Source: Chiloscyllium plagiosum (Eukaryota). Taken from it: 32,493 nt of DNA. Shown here piece after piece: positions 11,596 through 21,173 of this stretch. The stretch lies in NCBI RefSeq assembly GCF_004010195.1, contig NC_057719.1, forward strand, positions 73,597,447-73,629,939, read 5' to 3'. The notes under the pieces were generated by a model. It saw only the letters and a program-made list of their open reading frames with translations, was not told where the DNA came from and did no database searches. A program made the position numbers and the translations under genes. How positions within the stretch are numbered: position 1 is the stretch's first letter; each line of letters begins with the position of its first letter.

Positions 11596-12827
11596 AGTGA
11601 ATAAATTAAAAATGCTGATGGTGTAAAATGAAATGTGATGGCAATGCAACAAGAAAAGAGACAAATGATGGTTCTCAGGGATTGTAAGTGCCATGAGCAG
11701 GACAATTACCACCATCTACTAGAAGCAGTGGTTATGATCTGAAACCACAGACCTTCCCTATTCATTTATACCTCTATTTTCTGCCTACGTGATGTTGCAG
11801 TGTTTAAAAGCTGCTGCACCTCAAATTTCTTTCAATTCTGATAAGTCATTGAATTTGCAGAATGTAATTGAGTGCTAGTAGATGTTGATAATGTAATCTA
11901 TCCAATTAAAATAGTTGTATGTCTTCAGACTGATTCCTACAGTAAACCAAAGAGAATTAATGCAGGCATCAGTATGAGAGAGATTTATTGTGATGCCACA
12001 ATTCAATACCTAATGTTTAAATTAACATGTTTTTGAAAGATATTCAAGGTCCTTTGGAGATTTCTTGGTGACTTAAAACAAAAGTCAATATTACAATGTA
12101 ATTAGTTACTGATAAGAATATTTTGTAAGAGACTGCTGTTAATTATGGATTATAGATCAGCATATAGGACTATGCTATTTGTTTAATGACAGGTGTTACA
12201 TACAGAATGATAGTGGGCGAGGATTTCTGGTAGTTATCAGTTAGACTTGCCTCCATGCCCTTTACTTCAATTCAGTTTCTTCCTGCAAAACAGCAGCATG
12301 CACTAATTGATAATGGTATGATGAGTAAAATAATGAGTTGAAATTTGCTGCTCCCATCCCAAAAGTTAAGAGTTTCAGGAGGGGCCCCAAAAATATAACT
12401 CAAAGGGTTGGGGGGTACTGCCACTAGGGAAGGAGGGAAGATGTCAATTTCCAGACAGCAGTTATCACCAAAGTAGAGAATAGCATGAGACCAGCATTCT
12501 CCTTTAAATTGGGAGCCAATTCCATAATGTTTCAAAGCTCAGAAAAGGCATGTCAGAGGTTTAGTTTTGCATTTTTAAATGGAGCAGACCTGTTCACTAC
12601 ACGCTCAGAAACTGGCCAGTTGAAGGAGGAACAGAAAAGAGTGGGAATCAGTCATGGTGCCCAGGGCATCATCCTGGTCACATAAGAGCGGGTCAAAGTG
12701 GGACTGAATGCTTGGCAAGAGGCCACCTTTGGTGCTGCACAGAGAGGATAGAATCAGGGCTTTAAACAGAGTTGGCACTATTGCAGGTTTTGATGGATTT
12801 TGGGCGTTACCAGGAATAATTCAGTCC

Positions 12828-13995
12828 ATTTATTGCAATTCCTTCACAGATTGTGAGCGTTGTTGGCAAAGCTAGTATTTGTTGCTAACCCCTAATTAGC
12901 TCAGAGATGTTGGTGGAGAGCAACAGTTTCTAAAAAAAAGCTGCAGTCTACCTGTTGTTGTCTTGCCCACAGGTTAGGAAGGGAGTCCCAGGATTTTGAT
13001 GCAGTGGCAGTGAAGGATTGCTGATGTCCCTTGCTGAGTGGTGGCAGTGTGTCTTATGTATGGTTAGCATTTGCTGCCGTGCACTGGAGTGGAAGTAGCA
13101 GATTAGATTCTGATCAGCTGGCCACTTCTTTCTGGATCATGTTGAACTTGTTTTCGTAGTTGCAGATGGGTCTGACTAAATTACTAGTCAATCGTTATTC
13201 CCTAAATGTTGATGACTCAAGACTTAGTGATGGCAAAGCCATTAAACATCATGCAGAGGTGGTTAGATTGCCTCTTACTGGAGATGGTCATTGCCAGATA
13301 CTCTGTGTCATAGTGTTACTTGTTAGTTATTCAGCCAAGCCTGAATGTTGTACAGCTTTTGCAATGTAAGGTCATGGAATGCTTAGCTGCGGAGTTGTGA
13401 GTGGTACTAAACCCTGTGCAATCTTCACTGAACATTCTACGACTGACCTTATGCTGGAGAGAAGGTTATTATTAAAGCAGCTTGAGAAAGGAGGGTGGAA
13501 TGCTTTCCATCGCAAATAGAGGAATGTTTTCTCCCTGTTTCCCATCGAATTTGCTCCTCTTCCTTCATGCGTTGAGATCAAGAGCAGCCACTCCTCCCTC
13601 ATCTCTCAAGTTCAGCTTTTCTGCTCATATTAGGATCAAGGCTGTAAAGACTAAAGAAGCTGAGTGCCCCTGGTGAAACTTAAACTGAGCGTCGGTGAGT
13701 TTTATAACACTATCAACCACTCCATCACTTTCCTAATGATTAATGGTAGTATGATAGAGATGATGATTGGATTGGATTTGTCCTATTTTAAGTGGACAGG
13801 ACAATTCCTGGCAAATTTCCACATTGTCTTGTAGCTGCCAGTGATGTAGCTGTACTGGAGACACTTGGCATGAGGCACAGCTAATTTTGGAAGACAAGTC
13901 TTCCGTGCTATCTTTGGGATGTTGTCAGGGTCTGGTGGTTGATGTATCCAATGCTTTCAGCCCTTCCTTGAAAGCATGTGGAGTGAACAGATTTC
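12828..13995 (-). mobile_element. CR1/L2-group LINE, decayed, antisense copy
   Basis: Starts with the reverse complement of the 3' tail seen at 16180-16262. 13840-13880 (gtagctgtactggagacacttggc) is the reverse complement of the 7575-7605 motif. Confidence 0.7.
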
Positions 13996-14675
13996 CTGTT
14001 AACTCACTGACAGTCAGTTTAGTGCGACACCTATTAGAAGGCTCTTAAATGTAACAAATTCTGAATAGTTTAAGTGGGTTCAAAATGAACATGTATTTGC
14101 AGAAGAAAACTGACAATTATTTGGCACTGATTCAGAATAGAGTGGGAATAGCAACCAACGAGCTTTGAGGGAAATGCTACATTAAAGCAGAAAAATAAGT
14201 CACTTTTAAGAAAAGGTTCTGCTTATATAGGCTGGCCCTGCAGAACCTAAGCTTACATTCCCTGCATGAGTGCCAATGTACCATTGCCCTCTACTTAATT
14301 TACACTGAAGTCCATTCTGGTTACCTTGTGTACCATATGTAATGCAAGCAAATCATTTCATTTCTTTTCCTGGTATTTTAGTGCCATATTTTTGTTTAAT
14401 AGATACATTTTTCATCAATATATTACATTCCATGGTAAGGCATTATTGGATCTTCATTGCAAAATGAGCATGTTTACTATGGGAAATATAGCGCAACAAT
14501 AATGTGATGGAAGGAGTTATTGGCTGGGGTATCAAGGGGCACTTGCAAATAAATAACCTTCTCGTTGATGCTCAGTTTTGGCTCTAAGGGTCACTCTGCT
14601 TCTGACCTCACTGTAGTCTTGATTCAAACATGGAAAAACGAGCTGAATTCCAGAGGTGAGGTGACGGTGACCAAC

Positions 14676-15030
14676 TTTGAGGGGCATGGATAGGATAAAT
14701 GTACAATGTCTTTTCCCTGGGGTGGGGGAGACCAGAACTAGAGGGCATAGGTTTAGGGTGAGAGTGGAAAGATATAAAAGAGACCTAAGGGGCAACTTTT
14801 GCATGCAGAGGGTGGTATGTGTATGGAATGAGCTGCCAGAGGATGTGGTGGAGGCTGGTACAATTGCAACATTTAAAAGGCATTTGGATGTGTATATGAA
14901 TAGGAAGGGTTTGGAGGGATATGGGCCGGATGCTGGCAGGTGGGACTAGATTGGGTTGGGATATCTGGTCGGCATGGATGGGTTGGACTGAAGGGTCTGA
15001 TTCCATGCTAAATATCTCTATGACTCTATC
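14676..15030 (+). mobile_element. HER1/CR1 LINE 3' end
   Basis: ORF 'MRGMDRIN...TRGHRFRVR...RGNF...RVV.VWNELPE.VVEAGTI.TFKRHLD.YM' is the CR1 ORF2 C-terminus. Ends in a ctctatgactctat microsatellite tail. Confidence 0.92.
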
Positions 15031-15056
15031 ACAGCAGCTTTTCACCAAGAGATGAG

Positions 15057-15141
15057 GCGGCACGGTGGCACAGTGGTTAGCACTGCTGCCTCACAGCGCT
15101 AGAGACCCGGGTTCAGTTCCCGCATCAGGCGACTGACTGTG
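15057..15141 (+). mobile_element. HE1 SINE 5' (tRNA-like) head only
   Basis: Nearly identical to 20549-20633. A box TGGCACAGTGG, B box GGTTCAGTTCC. Body and tail are absent. Confidence 0.9.
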
Positions 15142-16269
15142 GATTCCATGCTAAATATCTCTATGACTCTATCACAGCAGCTTTTTACCAAGAGATGAGA
15201 AGCCCCAGCAAAACTGCAATCAGTGGGATTCAGGGAAAAGCTCTCCATGAGTTGGAGCCATCCCTAGCACAAAAATAAGGTTGCAATTGTTAAAGGTCAG
15301 TCTTCTCAGCTCCAGGACATTCGTGCAGGGATTCCTCAGTGTAGTGTTCCAGACCCGATCACCTTCAGTTGCTTCATCAATGACCTTCTCTCTCTTATAA
15401 GGTCAAAAATGAGAATGTTCGCGAATGACTGTGCCATGTTCAGTAGTATTCACGACACAGATACTGAAGCAATCCAATTTCAAATACAGTAAGACCTAGA
15501 CAATATGCATGCTGGGGCTGATAAGTGGTAGGTAATGCCAAACAAGTGCCAAGAAATGACTGTCTCCAATAAAAGAGATTATAATAATCTCCCCTTGCTA
15601 TTCAATGGCATTACTATTATTGAATAGCTCACTCTCAACATTCTGGATTGTCACTACTGACCAGAAAATTAACTGGATCACTCTTATAAATGCTGTTGCT
15701 ACAAGAGCAAGTAAGAGGCTGGGAATTCTGTGGCAAATAACACACCTCTGGAATCGCCAAAGCCTGTCCACTCTCTATAAGGCACAAGTCAGTAATGTTA
15801 TTGAATAAGCTGTACTTACCTGAATGAGTGCAACTCTGGCAGCACTTGAGAAGCAACACCATCCAAGTAACAAGTAACAGCTTGATTCACACTCCATCTG
15901 GCCCATTTCCAACTCTCAGCAGTGGATACAATCTAAAAGATGCACTGCAGCAACTCACCTAAGCTCCATAGTACATTTCAAACTCATGGCTTCTACCACC
16001 TAGAAGGACAAAGGCAGCAGATGCATGGGAACACCACCACCAGCAAGATCCTTTCTGAGTGATATACCATATTGATTTGGAACAATATTGCTATTGCTAT
16101 TCCTTCACTACTGCTTGCCAAAGTCCTGAAACACTATGCCTAATAACACTGTGCAGGTGTACCTCAAGAAGGCAGCTAAATGCCACCTTCTCCAGGACAG
16201 TTGTGGATGGGCAATAAATATTTGTGTTGCCAGCAAAACCTAGGTCCCATGAATGAATAAAACAAAAGA

Positions 16270-16505
16270 ATAAGAACATAAGAACTCGGAGTTTGCCATA
16301 TGGTCGATCAAGCCTGCTACACTATTCAATGACTTTGATATCAACTTCCCTTTCCTGCTTTGTCCACATGCCCCTTAATAAACTTGGTGTGCAAATAGCT
16401 ATTCAACTTGAGTTTGAATATACCCAATGGGTTTGAATATACCCAATCCTTATGTGTCCACAACTTTCTGTGGTTAGAGAACTTTGAATATTCATAATCC
16501 TCGGA
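16270..16505 (-). mobile_element. CR1-type LINE 3' end, decayed
   Basis: ataagaacataagaac is the reversed CR1 tail, followed by the reversed ORF2 end (tccacaactttctgtggttagagaac). Confidence 0.6.
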
Positions 16506-18162
16506 GTGCATGATATCATGACCTCAAGTTCTCTCCTCTACTGCTATGGAAAATAGCAGCATTTAGCACCATAGTGGTATTTGAAAACAAAAGGAAAAAG
16601 ACAGTTGCAATATACAGTAGAAAGAAAGAGCAGAGTCATGTACAATGTGTATGAACGAGCAATAGATGTGGGGTGAAACTTGAAGATAGAAATCATACAA
16701 ATCAGAATGCATTAATTTTGCAATTGTGTATCATTTTTCATTGTTACTGAAATTTGTATTCTGCTTCAGTGAAATAGTTTGCATTGAAATCCAACCAATA
16801 GTTTTATTGTGTAGTAAAGACCATTTGTTAGTTAGATAAAAGTCTCCTTTGAAAATGCATATGGAACTCTCACTGACCTGTGATTTGCCTGTTGGATTAG
16901 TTCCAGCCGATGACAAATGAATCACAAAATATGAGTTTAATTTAAACATTAACCAAACATTAAAATATTTGTTGGCAAGATTGGAGAAGTTTGGGTTTGA
17001 AATTTTCAATCTCACTACAAAATCTTAGCTTAGGGTTTTGGATAGGAAGTTGAAAGTCAAACTGTCCAATTGACCATGTATTTAATTAGAATTGTCGTAG
17101 AATGTATGAACAGAGTAAACAGTACAAAGACTGTATCTGCACCCAGTGTTTCTGTATATTTTTCTTACCAGACTTGTATTTGGTGAAGAGACGTTTCAGT
17201 GTGCATGATATGAATTTGAGATCAAAAGCTTTTTTTATTGGATGGAGCATTGGTTTTATAATTTTCTCATTGAATAATGACCTGATGATCTGTTTCTGGT
17301 GGTTTTAGTGGAGAAAGGTGTTGAATGTGAAAAGTCTCTGTTTTCCAAACCCAGATTTGTTGATGTGAGATGGCTGAAAGTGGCAAGTCTTCCTGCTCTG
17401 TAGATTCTGTATTTTCCAATGTTCTCTGTTTTGACTTGGAGGAAGAGCACCAGAGTTATTAAAACCAGAAATGTCCATTCAGCCAATCAGTTGTCTATCT
17501 GCATCCTTGCCTTAGTCACAGTATGGGAGTTTGTGTAGAATTGGCGACCTTAAATACTTCGCTTCTTTTTTTTTGGTATAGGTAAAGGCTGAGTACTCTT
17601 TACTATGAGCTGATTTTCTGATTCTGCTAAAGTTGTTCTCTTTTCTCCCAACCCTTTTGGATATTGGATACTTAATTGAATCTGCCGTGGCATCTCTTAT
17701 GAAATCCAGTTGATTATCCAGTAGGAAGATATACTCCTTTCTATGTCGAGGATGGCATCCCACTATTCAATCAATTCATGCAGTGATAACTGTTCAGTTG
17801 TTTTGGAGTACTTAAGAATTCTGTGGGTGACTTGTCATTTTATCATCTACCTCCAGCCAAATGCAAGTATAAATGTCTGTAGCCCACTTTCACCTTCCCA
17901 GTATTTGAACTGGAAAATATGCTTTTACCAATCGGCAGTAATTTGTCATCATTTTATTTCCAAAGTACAAAGTATTGTGCATGTTTGGTTCATGGATCAT
18001 GTATTTTAGTTTCGTGGATTAATGTTTAACTGCAGGAAATATGGTAAATTGAACTGAAGCACATGGAGGTCCATTGCGTGTAAAAGGCTAGGGTAATGTT
18101 GCTTTACAAGGTTAACAGGTAGGATCAGAGGCAGCAGATGGACTTGCTGAACTGGAGAGGGG

Positions 18163-18339
18163 GAGGACTGCAGATGAAGGAGAGTCAGAGTCAAAGTGTG
18201 GCACTGGAAAAGCACAGCACGTCAGGCAGATTCTGAGCAGCTTATGTTTTGGGCATAAGCCTTTCACTATGCTCGAAACGTCAACTATCCTGCTCCTCAG
18301 ATGCTGCCCGACATGCTGTGCTTTTCATGCACTACACTT
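18163..18339. mobile_element. Penelope-like inverted terminal remnant with decayed hammerhead cores
   Basis: Arms ~18194-18240 (AGTGTGGCACTGGAAAAGCACAGCA...) and ~18289-18339 (...TGCTGTGCTTTTCATGCACTACACT) are inverted. The centre retains cgaaacgtc. Related to 2912-3080 and 22855-22941. Confidence 0.65.
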
Positions 18340-18536
18340 GCTGAACCGGAAGCGGCAGGGACAGGCCACTATAAATGCCGGAGGAAACACCACAGAAGCG
18401 CTTCACAGGAGGCTCCCAAGCACTGAGGATGTCACCTAGGCAGGGGACGAAACGTTTGCAACAAAAACTTCCAGCTCGGCGAACAGAACCACAGCAACGA
18501 GCAGCCGAGCTACAAATCTTCTCACAAACTTTGAAC
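18340..18536 (+). mobile_element. Young Penelope-like pseudo-LTR fragment of a second family
   Basis: CpG-retaining segment with TATAAAT at 18370-18376 and an intact hammerhead motif about 45 nt downstream. Confidence 0.6.
18420..18459 (+). ncRNA. Minimal type-I hammerhead ribozyme motif
   Basis: GCA-CTGAGGA-T-GTC-a-CCT-aggc-AGG-g-GAC-GAAA-CG-TT-TGC. Both core boxes are present, with helix II (3+3 bp), palindromic AACGTT helix III, a GUU site and a 3-bp helix I. Confidence 0.75.
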
Positions 18537-18644
18537 AATTTGTGTCTGTGAGCAAGATAGGGAGAAGCCAGAGGGTCTTCACAAGCTCAGGGGTTCACTC
18601 TGTTGTCTGTAGGAAAAGCTACTTAAAGTCTGAAGAAAGCCAGT

Positions 18645-19010
18645 TTATTTTTTTTTCTTTTCTTTTAATTTAACCCCCACGCCACCACCTAAGTGCGGTA
18701 GTGCTTATTTTATCCCCAGCACCCATGGTGTGTGTGTGCAGGTGTGAGACACAGTGAGAGACACAAGGTGCACGAATCTTTATTCAATTGGCCCGCTGCC
18801 TCGACCTGTTGATGGCCAGTTTGGCCAGGCCCAGGAGCAGACTCACGAGGAGGTTTTCAGACCTGCTCTCCTTCCTCCGTACCGGGTGCCCATAGATCAG
18901 GAGCGTGGGACTGAAGTGCAACCAAAAGTAGAGGAGGAGGTTTTTCAGGAAATCAAAAAGGGAGTGCAAACGCCCACACCCAATATACACGTGGTCCACA
19001 CACGTATACA
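18645..19010 (-). mobile_element. Tx1-clade (L1 group) LINE 3' fragment with A-rich tail
   Basis: 'VDHVYIGCGRLHSLFDFLKNLLLYFWLHFSPTLLIYGHPV...LLLGLAKLAINRSR' matches the HxxxxC zinc-knuckle end and C-terminus of Tx1-like ORF2. Minus-strand AATAAA near 18780 and poly(A)-like run at 18645-18665. Confidence 0.75.
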
Positions 19011-19665
19011 CAGAACAAGCAGTTGGGGAAAACCAGTTTATTTTGCCTCTAGCAATGGTTGTTTTAATTGATAATTCAAAGGCCTTTTAAAAGTATGAAC
19101 CTCCTGCAGACCAGTAAAAATATCCGGAGAAGGAAGATCAAGAAGTAGCATTCTGATCAGCATAAACATTATCTCAGCAGATCCTGTGAACAGAGACCAT
19201 TGCAATTGCTTTCCCAGTTTTCCCTCCATCCATTGCATCATTTTTTTTCATGAGTTTGTGCAGGTGCACAAGGCAGGGTTCATAAGGGGATGAGATTTTT
19301 TACAGGTGGAGTTATATGCTGATGGTTCATAACTGTTTCCCTGTAGCCAAATCTATTTAGTTGTAATAAATAATCATTTTTGTTAAGTACAGAAACCAGG
19401 TTTGTGCTTTCTATTAGCCTGGAGTCTGAAAGTTAGGTAATTTGGGGAATTCTGTGTATTTTGAAAAAAAAATTAACTTTTGTAATGATTCTGAGAAGAG
19501 TAGGGTTTGACTTCCAGTATGCTACCTGACTGAGGCATATCATCAGTTAAAAGCTTTTTCAGAGAACTTAAGGCTGTAAACCCCATTTACTTCATCATTA
19601 TCAAAGAGGAAGTTGTAAATATATGATACTTAACCTAAAAGTCAGACTGTGAGAGCTGGGTAGGC

Positions 19666-20454
19666 TATGATATCATGGAGATAGATGGACATTAAGAAGG
19701 TTCTCTGATTTCAACTTATCTCTGTGTTTGCTGGGAAAATAAATCGTTAGGAGTTGGAGCTGGGAGAGTGCTGAAGCAAAAAAAAGTGGCTCCAAGAAGT
19801 ATAAGTGCTGCAGATTCAAGGATCAGGAGAAGTCCAGGGAGTGGAAGCCCTGTGACGTGGAAGGAAATTTAGGACTTAAACAAGCCCCAAGAGTCATTCA
19901 TATCCAGTGCAGCTCAAAATGGGTTGAAAGAAACCCAGAAGCAGTATTGTTACAGATTGCTGCTGCAAAGAAAGGTTGGAGCTTAAAGAAATTTGATGAC
20001 TGTTTTGTGAATAAAAGCTAAAATTGTGCAAGTAATTACACACGTAGCTGCCATCTTTACAGTTATGGGAAACATGGTCTCGGGAGTAATGGTTGAAATA
20101 CTGAGACAATGAGATGGTGCAAATCAGACAGACTTTGAGGACATTTCCAAAGTTAGATATTCAAAAGTGAAGAATTAGAATCTCTTGTAAGTGAGATCAG
20201 TCCTGATGGCATTAGCTATTAAAGTACAGTCTATGGGCTGTTCACAAAAGTTTGTTTGTGAGTTAACTTTGTGTTAATCCTGAATGTTAGAAAATAAATT
20301 GTATTTATATTGCAGTTTGTTTTACTTTTTCTAGTTTGTTTGTTCAAAACAATGGGATCTTGTGATTTTATTACCTTAATTAGTACTTGGGATCTCCAAT
20401 TTTATCTACTTTTAAACCAAAAAAATGTTACTGGCCCAGAACGAGAAGGTAACA
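19666..20454 (+). mobile_element. Possible solo LTR (Gypsy/ERV-like), decayed
   Basis: Non-coding, AATAAA near 20294, T-rich end terminating in ...GGTAACA. 5' boundary uncertain. Confidence 0.3.
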
Positions 20455-20547
20455 GAAATGGAATATTGTGGTCAGAGGTTTGTAACCCAAACTAAGCACT
20501 CTGAATGTTGCTTTGCCTGATTTTAAGAGTGGACATTAAGAAAAAGT

Positions 20548-20862
20548 GGGTGGCACGGTGGCACAGTGGTTAGCACTGCTGCCTCACAGCGCCAGAGACC
20601 CGGGTTCAATTCCCCCCTCAGGCGACTGACTGTGTGGAGTTTGCACGTTCTCCCCGTGTCTGCGTGGGTTTCCTCCGGGTGCTCCGGTTTCCTCCCACAG
20701 TCTAAAAGATGTGCAGGTCAGGTGAATTGGCCATGCCAAATTGCCCATAGTGTTAGGTAAGGGGTAAATGTAGGGGTATGGGTGGGCTGCGCTTCGGCGG
20801 GGCGGTGTGGACTTGTTGGGCCGAAGGGCCTGTTTCCACACTGTAAGTAATCTAAAAAAAAA
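20548..20862 (+). mobile_element. Full-length young HE1-type V-SINE
   Basis: tRNA-like head with A box TGGCACAGTGG and B box GGTTCAATTCC. V-domain (gtctgcgtgggtttcctccgggtgctccggtttcctcccacag). HER1-like tail (gggccgaagggcctgtttcc). CpGs retained. Confidence 0.95.
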
Positions 20863-21026
20863 CTTGGTGGTAAGTACAATTTTAAAATTATCTTGTGTGA
20901 AATTCCAGTTAATTTTCTCCTGCTGTTTATTTTCCTTCAATTTTAACAAACGAAAGAATTGTTTACGGTTGCATCAGCATTTCAATCCAATTTCCAATAA
21001 TCACTCCATCTCGGCCTCTTTCTTAC

Positions 21027-21121
21027 CTGTCTTGCTTGTGTTCCTCAAACTGTGTTGCCATAGTGAGCACTCCTCTGCATTTGGTTTCTGTGTTCAAAGT
21101 CCAATGAACTTGGCAAGACAT
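21027..21121 (-). CDS. Putative first coding exon of the uncharacterised gene
   Basis: Strong donor CAG|GTAAGA, phase 2, matching exon 2. Frame MSCQVHWTLNTETKCRGVLTMATQFEEHKQD(R). The ATG at 21061 has a good Kozak context (actATGG). An in-frame TAA lies upstream of the ATG at 21121. Confidence 0.5.
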
Positions 21122-21173
21122 GTTTTGTCTCCTTTAACTTGGATTTTATTTGCCAACAGTTAGTAACTTCCGT
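21054..21173 (-). promoter_or_regulatory. Cluster of RFX X-box-like, MYB-like and ETS-like motifs
   Basis: GTTGCCATAGTGAG (21054-21067), CAGTTA/TAACTG (21157-21162), ACTTCCGT (21166-21173). Confidence 0.35.

Larger units (their letters stand above)
14500..16262 (+). mobile_element. CR1/L2-group LINE (RT region to 3' tail), interrupted by younger insertions at 14676-15199
   Basis: RT motifs G.PQ.SV..P (gggattcctcagtgtagtgtt) and FAND (FADD-like). Tail gggcaataaat...cccatgaatgaataaaa. Paralogous to 25785-27330. Confidence 0.8.
18080..19545 (+). mobile_element. Possible decayed LTR hosting nested insertions
   Basis: AATAAA near 19365 with a T-rich U5-like end resembling the layout of 20290-20454. 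No clear target duplication. Confidence 0.3.

Noticed and set aside
16412..16447. 17-bp direct repeat GTTTGAATATACCCAAT as an array or CRISPR-like unit
   Set aside because: Only two copies, 2 nt apart, inside a decayed CR1: a simple slippage duplication.
17169..17230. Extra coding exon ending at the GTAAG donor at 17168
   Set aside because: A phase-2 join to exon 2 would create TGA (TG|A), and no good acceptor lies upstream.
19686..20542. 13-bp direct repeat TGGACATTAAGAA as a target duplication
   Set aside because: It does not coincide with definable element ends and may be chance.
20548..20625. tRNA gene
   Set aside because: The A/B boxes continue directly into the V-SINE body, so it is a SINE head.
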